This document shows positions 19,732 through 30,346 of a stretch of 64,000 bases of DNA, in pieces. The notes beneath the pieces were generated by a model that searched no databases, was not told the origin of the DNA, and saw nothing but the letters and a program-made list of their open reading frames with translations. The DNA comes from Candidatus Omnitrophota bacterium (lineage in GTDB: Bacteria; Omnitrophota; Gorgyraeia; Gygaellales; Gygaellaceae): the NCBI GenBank assembly GCA_018400015.1, contig JAGYNB010000001.1, positions 264,124 to 328,123 of the forward strand, read 5' to 3'. Position 1 is the first letter of the stretch. Every line of letters starts with the position of its first letter. A program made the translations under genes and the position numbers.

Positions 19732-21132
19732 ATGAAAAAGTACGCATTAATCTTAGCCGGAGGCAAAGGTACTAGGCTTTGGCCGCTTTCCCGGGCTAAT
19801 CATCCCAAACAGTTCATTGATTTTATCAATGGACAGTCATTGTTTCAGCTTACGATAACTAGGCTGTTGGGATTTTTTAAAGCTAGTGATATTTATTTTA
19901 TCACACAATCAGATTATGAGTTTACGGTTAAAAACCAGATCGATCAGATAAAAGGGTTAAATAGCCTAAAGAAGAAAGTTTTAAAGAATAATCTTGTATT
20001 TGAGCCAAGTTCAAAAAACACCCTTGCGGCAATCACCTTAGGCATGAGGTATATCCAGCAGCATAATAGATTATCTGATAAGGATTTATTTTATGTATTT
20101 GCTTCTGATCATGTTATTGAGCCGATAAATAAATTTAAGCAGGCCCTTAAGCAGGCTCAAGATATAGCAATCCAGGATAAGATAGTTATTTTTGGCGTTA
20201 AGCCAAAGTATCCTAAACAGGGATACGGTTATGTGTTGGTAAAGGATAAATTTGCTAATGGGTATTTGGTAGAGAAGTTTGTGGAAAAGCCGTCTTTAAC
20301 CCGTGCCAAGCAATTATTAAAAAAGCATGCTTATTGGAATGCAGGGATATTTTGTTTTAACAAAAAGCATTTTATAAAAGAACTGCAGAAGAATTCCCCT
20401 AAGCTGTACAGATTGTATAAGACTTCCTTAAAGAAGATGCAGCAGGATTTTAAAAGATTAGAGTCTATTTCCATTGATTATGCAATTATGCAAAAGACCA
20501 AAGATATTGCCTTAGTGAAGTTTGACCTTAACTGGTCTGACTTGGGCAGCTGGGACAGTTTTATTGAGTTTTACAAAAAAGACAAGGGTAATGTCAGTAT
20601 TGGCAAAGCGGAGTTTATCAATTCAAAAGGATGCTTTGCCCGTTCTGAAAAAAGGCTTATTTCCTTTGTCGGTATTAACGATGTTATTGCCATAGATTCA
20701 TCTGATGCGCTGTTAATCGTAAAAAAGGGCAATTCCGATAAGGTAAAAGAATTAACTATGCAGGTTGAGCGAAAAGGCCTGACGCATTCTAAAGAAAGCC
20801 TTACCGTGCATAGGCCATGGGGTTATTATACGGTTTTACATGAACAGAAGCATTATAAGGTAAAGGAAATCGGCATATATCCAAAAAAGGCAATATCTTT
20901 GCAGACGCATAAATACAGAAGCGAGCACTGGAATGTGGTGGAAGGCGAGCTGATTGTGTTTATTAATAGGAAGCGAAAGAAGGTTATACGCAATCAGAGT
21001 GTATTCGTTGGTAAGAATACCAAGCATAAAGTATATAATCCGGGGAAAAAGACATCCCGGATAATCGAGGTACAGATCGGCAGTTACGTTGGAGAAGACG
21101 ATATTAAAAGGTTTGATAAGTACAGAGCATAG
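19732..21132 (+). CDS. manC: Mannose-1-phosphate guanylyltransferase / mannose-6-phosphate isomerase
   Basis: LAGGKGTRLWPLSR..PKQF, FVEKP, WNAGIF, SIDYA, WSDLGSW; C-terminal cupin RPWG...RSEHW. Confidence 0.95.
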   Translation: MKKYALILAGGKGTRLWPLSRANHPKQFIDFINGQSLFQLTITRLLGFFKASDIYFITQSDYEFTVKNQIDQIKGLNSLKKKVLKNNLVFEPSSKNTLAAITLGMRYIQQHNRLSDKDLFYVFASDHVIEPINKFKQALKQAQDIAIQDKIVIFGVKPKYPKQGYGYVLVKDKFANGYLVEKFVEKPSLTRAKQLLKKHAYWNAGIFCFNKKHFIKELQKNSPKLYRLYKTSLKKMQQDFKRLESISIDYAIMQKTKDIALVKFDLNWSDLGSWDSFIEFYKKDKGNVSIGKAEFINSKGCFARSEKRLISFVGINDVIAIDSSDALLIVKKGNSDKVKELTMQVERKGLTHSKESLTVHRPWGYYTVLHEQKHYKVKEIGIYPKKAISLQTHKYRSEHWNVVEGELIVFINRKRKKVIRNQSVFVGKNTKHKVYNPGKKTSRIIEVQIGSYVGEDDIKRFDKYRA

Positions 21133-21270
21133 TTTGATAACGCTACTTTTATCTTATATATTTGTTTCTGCAGATAATTAGTTTTGATTATTTAAAGAAA
21201 TAAGCTTTTTAGTCAAGCGATATAATCATAATGAAGGTTAGCTTCCCGCTTTTTTTATCTCTAAACTACG

Positions 21271-22293
21271 ATGAACGACATTAAGCAATATTCTCTGGAT
21301 GAGTTAAAATCTGCTTTTAAAGATATGCGCCTACCGTCATTTGCTGCCGGTCAGGTATTTGACTGGATTTATAAAAAAAGAATAGAAGATTTTGATAAAA
21401 TGAGCAATCTTTCCAAAGCGACAAGGCAGACGCTAAATGAGAGTTTCTTCTCTGCCTATCCAAAAATAGCCGAAAGAATAAAATCAAGCGACAACACGGA
21501 AAAATTCCTTTTTGAACTAGATGACGGGGCATTGATTGAAACAGTATTAATTCCTGAGAAGACGCGCACTACATTATGTATTTCTACTCAAGTTGGGTGC
21601 AGATTTAATTGTAAATTCTGCATGAGTGCAAAGGGCGGTTTTAAGCGCAATTTAACCGCATCTGAGATAATCAACCAGTATCTGGTTATACTTGATTTAA
21701 TATCGCCAAAACGAATTACCAATATTGTTTTTATGGGAATAGGCGAGCCGTTGGATAATTATGATAACTTAACCAAAGCAATCGATATCTTGCAGGAACC
21801 AATAGGCATAGCTTTAAGTAAAAGAAGGCTGTGCGTCTCAACGTGCGGGATAATACCGAATATGGAAAGGCTTGTTAAAAGTTATCCTTTGGTGAAGCTT
21901 TCGGTTTCACTGCATAGCGCTTTTAACGATAAAAGAACTAAGATTATGCCGGTAAATAGAAAATATCCCATTGATGAGCTGATCAAAGCCTTAAAATCAG
22001 TCAGCAGGATACAAAAGTTTCCCGTAACTTTTGAGTATGTATTATTGAGCGGTTTTAATGATTCGAAAGAAGATGCATCAGAGCTTGCCCGAATTTTAAA
22101 TAGACTGAGGTCTAAAGTTAACCTGATCGTTTATAACCGTTCCAGCCTTGATTTTAAATCCTCCGAAGAAGACACGATAAGGCAATTTACACAAATTTTA
22201 AAAGCCAAGAGTGTGACTTTTACCTTGCGCCGTTCCCGCGGCGAGGATATCGATGCTGCCTGCGGTCAATTAAGGGCTTCCTGGAAGAAGTGA
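21271..22293 (+). CDS. rlmN: 23S rRNA A2503 C2-methyltransferase
   Basis: CISTQVGCRFNCKFC, MGIGEP, SLH, DIDAACGQL. Confidence 0.95.
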   Translation: MNDIKQYSLDELKSAFKDMRLPSFAAGQVFDWIYKKRIEDFDKMSNLSKATRQTLNESFFSAYPKIAERIKSSDNTEKFLFELDDGALIETVLIPEKTRTTLCISTQVGCRFNCKFCMSAKGGFKRNLTASEIINQYLVILDLISPKRITNIVFMGIGEPLDNYDNLTKAIDILQEPIGIALSKRRLCVSTCGIIPNMERLVKSYPLVKLSVSLHSAFNDKRTKIMPVNRKYPIDELIKALKSVSRIQKFPVTFEYVLLSGFNDSKEDASELARILNRLRSKVNLIVYNRSSLDFKSSEEDTIRQFTQILKAKSVTFTLRRSRGEDIDAACGQLRASWKK

Positions 22294-22371
22294 TAAAATA
22301 TATTGACGAGTGAGGTTTATTGTGCTAAAAATCATCTTTAGCATGGATAATTATCAAGGAGGTGATAATCT

Positions 22372-22566
22372 ATGAAAAAGATTTTAAAGAGGATGACAGG
22401 CAGAACCACCACTAAAAATAGAAAGAATTCTTTAAGTGGTGATGAGTTTTTTGCTAAAGTGCAGCAGAAGGCCTTTGAGCTTTATGAAAAAAGAGGCTTT
22501 ACTTCCGGTAATGAGTGGTCGGATTGGTTTGAGGCAGAAAAACTTGTAAAATCAGGTAAATTTTAG
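22372..22566 (+). CDS. DUF2934-like small protein
   Basis: KAFELYEKRG...DWFEAE motif; strong SD GGAGGTGA. Confidence 0.8.
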   Translation: MKKILKRMTGRTTTKNRKNSLSGDEFFAKVQQKAFELYEKRGFTSGNEWSDWFEAEKLVKSGKF

Positions 22567-22611
22567 TTAACAAAGCGATTTATTGTAGCCTTTTTATTAT
22601 CAACAGGTTAT

Positions 22612-22648
22612 AAAATAAGGGTAAGCTGTAAGCTTGCCCTTATTTTTT
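22612..22648. terminator. Intrinsic terminator
   Basis: AAAATAAGGGTAAGCT-loop-AGCTTGCCCTTATTTTTT. Confidence 0.85.
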
Positions 22649-22690
22649 GTTGATTAGAGTCTATGTTTGAGTTAGAATATTACTCATAAC

Positions 22691-23851
22691 ATGCTACCAT
22701 TAATCATATTAATTCTTTTTTTAAGGCCGTTTATTTCCGAGTTTATAAGCCTGAGATTTGATAGTTTGTTCAGCCTTATTTTAGTTTTAATGATTTCTAT
22801 TTATCTTATCGTCAGCAAGAAGATCAGGAAGACTAAATACGATAAACTCATTTTCTTTTATTTCCTTACCATTATAATTGCCGGTTTTTTCTCGTCAGAT
22901 TTAGTAAAAAGTATCAGCAATATACATAAATATACAACTTCGATTATGATTTTTTATTTAGTTTTCTTGGAAGAAGAAAGAAGACTTTTTATACCCTTTA
23001 TCATAGTCAGTGGTTTTTTCATAAGTATTTATTCGCTGTTTCATTTATTTTTCGTTCCCGGAATGGTGATGGATTATCTTAATAAACAGGGGATTGTTTA
23101 TCCTTTTGCAGAAAATTTTCTTGCAAGGAGAAGGGCTTTTGTCCCTTTTGTTTCTCCCAACCTTCTTGCAGGATATATAGCTATGGTTTTTTCCATTGCT
23201 TCTGGGTTTGTTATGGAGCGTTTGCGTAGGCAAAACAAATCACCAGTTTTGATTTTCTATGTTCTTATTTTATTGACTTTGTTTTTTGTTCTGTTTGCCA
23301 CAAAATCAATAGGGGCTTGGTTATCGTTATTGGCTTCTTTATCGTGCTATGTTTTATTCAGGAAACGAATAAACGGGAAATCTTTGTTTTATATAGCTCT
23401 AATTACTGTTTTTTTGCTGGTTATTTTGTATCTACGTTTTAAAGAATCGAGTGTTATTACTTTTCCATCTTTTTCTTTGCATCAAAGGATAAATTATCTT
23501 TTGGAGAGTTTTAAGGTTATATCGGCCCATCCTTTTATGGGCGTGGGTTTAGGTAATTTTATGATCAAAGAAACACTTTTTTGCCATAATTCTTTTATTC
23601 AGATATGGGCTGAAGCTGGCATTGCCGGGTTTATTTCATGGTTGATTTTAGTGGCTGTATTTATTAGAGAGTCAATTATTGGTTTGAAAATAAAGAAAGA
23701 CTATTTTTTTGACGGTTTATTTATAGCTGGAATGTGTTTTATTTTCCATAATTTTGCAGATTTTAGTTATTTTATTCCGCAGGTTTCGTTTATTTGGTGG
23801 ATGGTTTTAGGTTTTATTCTTGCCGAGAGCAGGTTAAGTACTAATGAGTAA
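22691..23851 (+). CDS. O-antigen ligase / Wzy_C family membrane protein
   Basis: Many TM helices; SPNLLAGY, TKSIGAW, HPFMGVGLGNF, HNSFIQIWAEAGIAG. Confidence 0.88.
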   Translation: MLPLIILILFLRPFISEFISLRFDSLFSLILVLMISIYLIVSKKIRKTKYDKLIFFYFLTIIIAGFFSSDLVKSISNIHKYTTSIMIFYLVFLEEERRLFIPFIIVSGFFISIYSLFHLFFVPGMVMDYLNKQGIVYPFAENFLARRRAFVPFVSPNLLAGYIAMVFSIASGFVMERLRRQNKSPVLIFYVLILLTLFFVLFATKSIGAWLSLLASLSCYVLFRKRINGKSLFYIALITVFLLVILYLRFKESSVITFPSFSLHQRINYLLESFKVISAHPFMGVGLGNFMIKETLFCHNSFIQIWAEAGIAGFISWLILVAVFIRESIIGLKIKKDYFFDGLFIAGMCFIFHNFADFSYFIPQVSFIWWMVLGFILAESRLSTNE

Positions 23852-25148
23852 AAAAAATATTATTATATTGGGCGCCGGTCTTTGCGGCTTAAGCGTTGCC
23901 TGGCACCTTAAAAAGATGGGTATAGCTGCTTGTGTATATGAAAAAGAAGATAAAGTGGGGGGGCTTTGCAAAAGCGAGAGCATAGGGGATTTTGAGTTTG
24001 ATTATGATGGTCATGTTTTACATTTTAGATATCCCTATGTATTTAATCTTGTTCAGAGGTTGTTGAATAACAATATACTTGAATTTAAAAGGAGTTCATG
24101 GTTTTATTTTCATGGTAAATATTTTCCTTATCCGTTTCAGGCAAATCTGTATGGTTTTCCTTTCCGCATAAGCCGGGAATGTCTTCTTGGGTTCATTGAG
24201 GCGCAGAAGAATAAAAAAACAGCAGATAATAAAAACACAAGTTTCTTAGACTGGATAAATCATACGTTCGGTCCGGGTATTGCCAAATATTTTATGATTC
24301 CTTATAACGATAAATTTTGGACAGTTGCTCCAAAAAGATTGACTTATCATTGGTCAAAGCGCGTTATTCCGGTTCCTTCTTTGAGCCAGATTATTGAAGG
24401 CACATTATCGCAGAGCAAGAATGACTTTGGTTACAATATACAGTTTTGGTATCCTAGATCCGGAGGAATTATGCAGCTGCCTTTAGCTTTTGCAAAAGGC
24501 AATAAAAATATTTTCACAGGTGTTTCGGCAGTTCAGATAGATCTTAAAAAGAAAATAGTTTATCTTTCAAACGGCGAAAAAAATAAATTCGATTATTTGA
24601 TTTCTACGATACCTTTGCCAGAGCTTGGTGGTATAATTAAAGATATGCCTTATTCGATAAAAAGGTCTTTGAATAGGCTAAGATGGAACTCCATTTTTAA
24701 CCTGAATTTGGGTTTTGACGATAAACGAAAAGTTAATCGACATTGGATTTATTTTCCTCAGAAAAATATTAGTTTTTTTAGAGTCGGGTTCTATAGCAGT
24801 TTTTCAGCAGGTTCATGCCCTAAGGAAAAAAAAGCTATTTATACAGAAGTGTCTTATTCGCGTTTAAGGCCACTGCGCCGCAAAGGAATAAAAGACAGAA
24901 TAAAGAGAGATTTAATTAAAACTGGAATAATCGCCTCAAAAAATGATATTGTTGTTGAGTTTGAGAATGATATTAAATACGGTTATCCGATTTACGATAA
25001 GAATTATGCACCGGCTAGATTGGCGATATTGGATTACTTAAAGCAGAATAAAATGTTTTCATGCGGCAGATACGGGTCGTGGGCATATATGTCTATGGAG
25101 GATGTTATCCTTGATGGGTATAGGATTGCAAATTCAATTAAGGGATGA
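23844..25148 (+). CDS. FAD-dependent oxidoreductase (HemY-like / UDP-galactopyranose mutase-like)
   Basis: GAGLCG Rossmann motif; FDYDGH; PYPFQ; PYNDKFW; GRYGSWAY; sits in a glycan locus. Confidence 0.7.
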   Translation: MSKKNIIILGAGLCGLSVAWHLKKMGIAACVYEKEDKVGGLCKSESIGDFEFDYDGHVLHFRYPYVFNLVQRLLNNNILEFKRSSWFYFHGKYFPYPFQANLYGFPFRISRECLLGFIEAQKNKKTADNKNTSFLDWINHTFGPGIAKYFMIPYNDKFWTVAPKRLTYHWSKRVIPVPSLSQIIEGTLSQSKNDFGYNIQFWYPRSGGIMQLPLAFAKGNKNIFTGVSAVQIDLKKKIVYLSNGEKNKFDYLISTIPLPELGGIIKDMPYSIKRSLNRLRWNSIFNLNLGFDDKRKVNRHWIYFPQKNISFFRVGFYSSFSAGSCPKEKKAIYTEVSYSRLRPLRRKGIKDRIKRDLIKTGIIASKNDIVVEFENDIKYGYPIYDKNYAPARLAILDYLKQNKMFSCGRYGSWAYMSMEDVILDGYRIANSIKG

Positions 25149-25927
25149 ATATTAAAAAGAGAATAATTAGTAATTTCTATAAAAAAGATATATTGCTGGA
25201 TATGTCTTTCAGGCAGATGCGGTTAAAATATGCCGGAGCCAAATTGGGTTTATGGTGGGCTGTTATTTCTCCTTTTATTCTTGCTTTGAGTATTAATTTT
25301 GTTTTTAGACATGCTTTCAAGATCAATATTGATAATTTCGCTTTTTTTGTACTTTCAGGGATTATCCCCTGGATTTATATTACCAATACCTTATCTGAAT
25401 CAACAAGCGTATTAATTAATGATGCTTCATTGGTAAGACAAGGATCAATTCCTATAGAGTTTTTGCCGTTTTCTACCGCTCTTGCCAATTTATTGATTTT
25501 TCTTATAGGTATGTTGTTTTTATTGCCTTTTTTTATCATAATCAAATATAACATAGTATTTATGTTGTGGTTTTTACCATTTGTTATACTGATGCATTTT
25601 ATGTTTTTGACAGGGTTAGCGTTATTTGTATCATTTATAAATGTTTTTGTCAGAGATTTTTCCCATCTATTGAATAGTATTTTTATGGTTTGGTTTTGGG
25701 TGACTCCAGTATTTTATTCGCTGGAAATGATTCCTTCTTCATATAGATGGGTTTGTTTATTAAACCCCGTGACTTATTACGTTATAATGTACAGGGATAT
25801 TTTGTTTTACGGGCAATTACCAGATTTAAATATTATTCTCGCTGGTTTGTTCATCGCGATGGTATCTTTATTGTCTGGGTATAGCACATTTATCAAAAAT
25901 GAGTTTTCAATTTTAAAACGATTATGA
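25145..25927 (+). CDS. wzm: Polysaccharide ABC exporter permease
   Basis: KYAGAKLGLWWAVISP, GIIPW, VRDF, TPVFY, LNP. Confidence 0.92.
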   Translation: MNIKKRIISNFYKKDILLDMSFRQMRLKYAGAKLGLWWAVISPFILALSINFVFRHAFKINIDNFAFFVLSGIIPWIYITNTLSESTSVLINDASLVRQGSIPIEFLPFSTALANLLIFLIGMLFLLPFFIIIKYNIVFMLWFLPFVILMHFMFLTGLALFVSFINVFVRDFSHLLNSIFMVWFWVTPVFYSLEMIPSSYRWVCLLNPVTYYVIMYRDILFYGQLPDLNIILAGLFIAMVSLLSGYSTFIKNEFSILKRL

Positions 25928-27984
25928 ATGCGCTAAGTTTTAATAAAGTAAGTGAAAAGTACCGTATTAAGTTTGTTGAAAACGGTATAGTTTCTTGGGA
26001 GGAAATATGGGCCTTAAGAGATATAAGTTTTAATTTGAAAAAGGGAGAGGTGTTAGGTTTAATCGGACATAATGGTGCCGGTAAGACTACGTTACTAAAA
26101 TTGATATCAGGAGCAATTGTTCCTGATGAAGGGGTTATTGATGTTGTTGGCAGGATCTCTGTATTGATGGAGCTGGGTATAGGGTTTAATCCGGAGTTTA
26201 CTGGCAGAGAAAATATTATTTTCAATGCAAAAATATATGGATTTAATGAGGAAAGCTTAGCGGTTAAGATTGATAAGATAATCGAATTCGCGGATTTAGG
26301 CAGATTTATAGACTCGCCAATAAAATATTATTCTCAAGGCATGTATATGCGTTTGGCATTTGCCTTGGCTATATTTGTTGATCCGGACATACTTTTAATC
26401 GATGATATTTTAGCCGTGGGTGACGAAGATTCTCACAGAAAGTGTATAAGTAAAATATTTGAATTGAAAGCATCTGGTAAAACCATAGTTTTGGTAACTC
26501 ACGATATAACTATGGTGGAAATGCTTTGCGATAGAGTGATTCTGTTGGAAAAAGGGAGAAAGATTAAAGAGGGATTACCAAAAGAGGTAACCAGATATTA
26601 CCTTCAGGCATGCCAGGCCCGCATTAAGGCAAAGCAGGAAGAAGAGACCAGGCTTCTTCGCCAGCAGCGTACGATAACAAATGGTGACATAAGCCTCTAT
26701 GCTGATGTCGAAAGCAAGGCCTTAAGAATTTACCATAAGGACAAGGAAATAACCAATGGCAACGGCCTGCATAGTTCCTTTTTGATAAATGATATATGGT
26801 ATGAATTCCAGGCAGATTGGGAAATAGAAAAGATTGATGAAGGCGTCTTGAAGGTGGGTATGCATTTTGATAGTTTTATTCAGAATATAATCTTAACGCT
26901 GAATCAGGGCGTGTTGGAAATAAATATTGAATATAGTGTTCTAGAAAATAATAATTTGGACAGTTATCATATTAAGTTTGAGTTTGCCGATAGTTATAAA
27001 ACTTGGTTTTGTCATGACGACAGAGGGAGTTTTGATGTGCAGGATTATATAGATTATGCAGCTCCGGTACGCTTAAAAGATAATAAAGTGAGTAAAATTG
27101 CTTTTATTCATGGAGAAAAAACTGAGATTCCTTCCCTTTTGATCGAAGTTTTATCGGATTTAGACAAGAGAATAGCTTCTCTTTATCGTAGAAATGATTT
27201 ATCGTGCGAGAGGGTTTGTTTTCAGTCTAGTTTTATTGTTCCCCGGATGAAAGGTTTTTCAGAAAATTATAGCGGTGCGTTTCAAGCAAAAATTAATTTT
27301 AAAGATAAAATAGAAGAATCTGAAATTACTGATAATAAATTGGAATTTATATATCAGCTTTCAAATGGCGATCTCGATTTTATCTTCGATCGTGGTAAGG
27401 GGAAAATAATTTATAGAGGCAATGAATTAACGTCTGGATTGGGATTTTATACCACTGTTCGTTCAAAAGGGATGTGGTTTGATTCTTCGCAAGCGTTTTG
27501 GAAGGTTGAAAAAAAGAGCAAGAACAAGATTGAATGTTTTGGCCAGTGGTTTTATCTTCCTATTTTACAGAGATGGAGTATTTGTGTAGGCAAAAAAGGT
27601 ATTGATTTTGATATAAGGATGGATATTCCTGAGGAATGCATAACAGAGCTAAGGCACTCAGCATTGATGTTAAGTAACAATTATAAAAAATGGTTCGTAA
27701 ACGATAATATTTTCGGCGATTTTTTGGAAGAATATCATGAAGAATACGATACTATTCCTTTTCGTTTTTGGAGTGGCAATACCGCTGTGCTTGCTGCTTT
27801 ATCTGCAAAAAAGAACTTTCCTCAGGTATTTTTTAAAAGCAAGAATTGTCCATTGGCAATAGTGGAAAATAGTGAATCTATTTATTGGGCAAGGAGATTT
27901 CAGTTTCAGTCTAAAACGGATAATAAGGTAAGCTTGGGCAATAAAGGCATATTTTTTGCAGGCAAAATAACGATCAATGATTAG
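25924..27984 (+). CDS. wzt: Polysaccharide ABC exporter ATPase with about 440-aa C-terminal extension (two repeats of an unrecognised domain)
   Basis: WALRDISF, GHNGAGKTT, GFNPEFTGRENI, YSQGMYMRLAFA, LIDDILAVGD, VTH. Confidence 0.92.
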   Translation: MNALSFNKVSEKYRIKFVENGIVSWEEIWALRDISFNLKKGEVLGLIGHNGAGKTTLLKLISGAIVPDEGVIDVVGRISVLMELGIGFNPEFTGRENIIFNAKIYGFNEESLAVKIDKIIEFADLGRFIDSPIKYYSQGMYMRLAFALAIFVDPDILLIDDILAVGDEDSHRKCISKIFELKASGKTIVLVTHDITMVEMLCDRVILLEKGRKIKEGLPKEVTRYYLQACQARIKAKQEEETRLLRQQRTITNGDISLYADVESKALRIYHKDKEITNGNGLHSSFLINDIWYEFQADWEIEKIDEGVLKVGMHFDSFIQNIILTLNQGVLEINIEYSVLENNNLDSYHIKFEFADSYKTWFCHDDRGSFDVQDYIDYAAPVRLKDNKVSKIAFIHGEKTEIPSLLIEVLSDLDKRIASLYRRNDLSCERVCFQSSFIVPRMKGFSENYSGAFQAKINFKDKIEESEITDNKLEFIYQLSNGDLDFIFDRGKGKIIYRGNELTSGLGFYTTVRSKGMWFDSSQAFWKVEKKSKNKIECFGQWFYLPILQRWSICVGKKGIDFDIRMDIPEECITELRHSALMLSNNYKKWFVNDNIFGDFLEEYHEEYDTIPFRFWSGNTAVLAALSAKKNFPQVFFKSKNCPLAIVENSESIYWARRFQFQSKTDNKVSLGNKGIFFAGKITIND

Positions 27985-30346
27985 GCATATTTTAAAAAGA
28001 ATTAAAGCGCATTTTAAAAAAGGCGGTTTGTTATATGTCGGATTACGTGTTGTTAAATATCTTAAATTTCTAATTATATCTTTGATTATAAAAATAAAGC
28101 GTGATAAAAAAAAGTCAGTTACCTTAAAGGAAACAGTTTTATCATCAGATAATCTTAAGATTGTAGTTTTAAATTCAGGAATAAACTTTTTATGGAAGGA
28201 TGTTCTTTTTACTGTTCATCCTGGTGTGAATTTAGGTTTTAATATATTGGGGTTATGGAATGATTCTGCCAGGGCCGATTGGCATATCGTAGAGAAGGCA
28301 ACTAATTACTTAAAAATAAAAGTTTATTTCTGGGAATTGCCTTTGAACCAAACATGGGAAATTAAGCTTTTAAGTAAAAACAGGGTAAAAATAGATATTT
28401 GGCTTGAGGTTGAGGAATGGTTGCATATTGATGAAATTCGGCTTTTGTGTCTTGCCGAAGGAAAATATAAATGTTGGATTAATAATTTTGAAATAAATAA
28501 TTTCCAGAAATTTGGCAATGCCTGGCGGGATATATGTATGAGTTCAGAGGTTTCTTCTTTGGTGGGCTTGAGGTTTCCTAAAATCAACGATATTCCTTCG
28601 TTTACTATGGAAACAGACGAAAAAGACACCTTTGCCATTATTCAGAATTCTCCCCAGAATATGTCAGCGCATGCAGTTGGTTTTAGAAAGATTATCCCAA
28701 CCGGAAAAAGAGATTATGCTCCCGGCACATATGGACTTTTCTCAGTTTATTTTAATTTTTTTAGTTCTGATCAGCCTCTTGATAATAAAATCGAGCTTTT
28801 AAGAAAAATAGATCTTAAAAAAATGTCAGCCGTTAATAATAGAGCGAGCAGTACTTATAATCAAGGGATTTTGTTGGTTAATCTTCCATGGCAGGAGGAA
28901 GGCCAATTCGGCGTGAGAGCAGGTTCACGCTGGCCACATATAAAAGATTATTACGAAGGCGATTATACTCCTTTTCCTTTTTTTCTGGCTTACTCAGTCG
29001 CATTATTAAGAAAACACGGTTTTAAATCTATGATAATTGATGCTCTGGCAGAGAGACTTAACGAAAACATATTTCTAGAGAAAGTTTCTAGATTGGGTGC
29101 TGATATTTTAGTCGCAGAGGTTTCAACGCCTTCATTTAAAAACGACATTTCGCTTTTGAAGAAAATGTCGGGGAAGGGAATGAAAATTGTAGTTTGCGGT
29201 CCGCATATTGAGATTCATGAAAGAGATTTCTTGAGTAAGCATCCTTTTATAGATTATGTTTTGTTCGGGGAATACGAGTTTTCTTTACTTGATTTGGTTA
29301 CTGCCATATTTGAAAATAAGCCGCTTTGCGATGTCAAAGGTTTAATCTACCGTGAAGGCGACACTATTATTAAAAACCCTCCAAGAGAAGCTTTTGACAT
29401 AAACTTGCTGCCTTGGCCTTCCCGGGAAGATCTACCTATGGAAAAGTATTGGGATTTGCCTGGTAATATCCCTTATCCATCTGTACAGATGGCTGCTTCT
29501 AGAGGCTGTCCTTTTGGCTGTAATTTTTGTCTTTGGCCCCAGGTAATGTATTTGGGTAATCATTACAGGGTAAGAGATGTTAAGGATACAATAGATGAAA
29601 TGGAGTATCTTGTAAGGGAAATGGGGTTTAAGTCTGTTTACTTTGATGACGATACTTTCAATATAGGCAAAACAAGAATGCTGGATTTTTGCAACGAAAT
29701 TAAAAAACGCGGTTTAAATGATATTCCTTGGGCGATTATGGCAAGAGCAGATTTAATGGATGAAGAGATATTGAACAATATGGAATCTGCGGGACTTTGG
29801 GCTGTTAAGTATGGAGTGGAAAGCCCAAACAGTAAGCTCATTAAGACAATAAATAAAGATATGGGTATCGATAAGACAACGAGAAATATAAAGATTACAC
29901 AGGGGTTGGGGATTAAAACTCATCTTACTTTTTGTTTTGGAGCAGATGGTGAAACAAAAGATACGGTTCAAGAAACTATTAATTATGCCTTGAAGCTTAA
30001 TCCGGAATCAGTACAGTTTTCCATTCTTACTCCTTTTCCCGGAACAAAATTGTACGAAAAACTGGACAAGGAAGGAAGAATTTTAACTAAAGATTGGTTT
30101 AAATATGACGGTCATTATCAATGCGTTTTTCGTCATGATAACTTTACCCCTGAGGAGTTGGTTGCTATTAAGAAACGCGCTTACGGTATCTGGCTGGATC
30201 ATACAAGAAGAAGAAGGGGCGTAAAAGGAGACATAGACAGGTTCAATAAATATCTAAGAAAACATGGATTAGCCAAGGCAATTAGCAAGACCTTATCTTA
30301 TTTTGAATTTGTTATGTTTAAAAGAAAAGAGTTTCTGAATGGATAA
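27977..30346 (+). CDS. B12-binding radical SAM enzyme with N-terminal unrecognised domain
   Basis: RAGSRWP, PFPFFLAY, SRGCPFGCNFC, FDDDTF, GVES, TPFPGT; N-terminal ~210 aa resembles the Wzt repeats. Confidence 0.88.
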   Translation: MIRHILKRIKAHFKKGGLLYVGLRVVKYLKFLIISLIIKIKRDKKKSVTLKETVLSSDNLKIVVLNSGINFLWKDVLFTVHPGVNLGFNILGLWNDSARADWHIVEKATNYLKIKVYFWELPLNQTWEIKLLSKNRVKIDIWLEVEEWLHIDEIRLLCLAEGKYKCWINNFEINNFQKFGNAWRDICMSSEVSSLVGLRFPKINDIPSFTMETDEKDTFAIIQNSPQNMSAHAVGFRKIIPTGKRDYAPGTYGLFSVYFNFFSSDQPLDNKIELLRKIDLKKMSAVNNRASSTYNQGILLVNLPWQEEGQFGVRAGSRWPHIKDYYEGDYTPFPFFLAYSVALLRKHGFKSMIIDALAERLNENIFLEKVSRLGADILVAEVSTPSFKNDISLLKKMSGKGMKIVVCGPHIEIHERDFLSKHPFIDYVLFGEYEFSLLDLVTAIFENKPLCDVKGLIYREGDTIIKNPPREAFDINLLPWPSREDLPMEKYWDLPGNIPYPSVQMAASRGCPFGCNFCLWPQVMYLGNHYRVRDVKDTIDEMEYLVREMGFKSVYFDDDTFNIGKTRMLDFCNEIKKRGLNDIPWAIMARADLMDEEILNNMESAGLWAVKYGVESPNSKLIKTINKDMGIDKTTRNIKITQGLGIKTHLTFCFGADGETKDTVQETINYALKLNPESVQFSILTPFPGTKLYEKLDKEGRILTKDWFKYDGHYQCVFRHDNFTPEELVAIKKRAYGIWLDHTRRRRGVKGDIDRFNKYLRKHGLAKAISKTLSYFEFVMFKRKEFLNG

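Noticed and set aside
21133-21270. Possible riboswitch or sRNA upstream of rlmN
   Set aside because: Only a weak AAGCG/CGCTT pairing and a TATAAT; no riboswitch consensus I can recognise. An Rfam scan would settle it.
23844-25148. Protoporphyrinogen oxidase (hemY) call
   Set aside because: No heme genes nearby and it is coupled to wzm; a sugar-nucleotide enzyme fits better, so no symbol was given.
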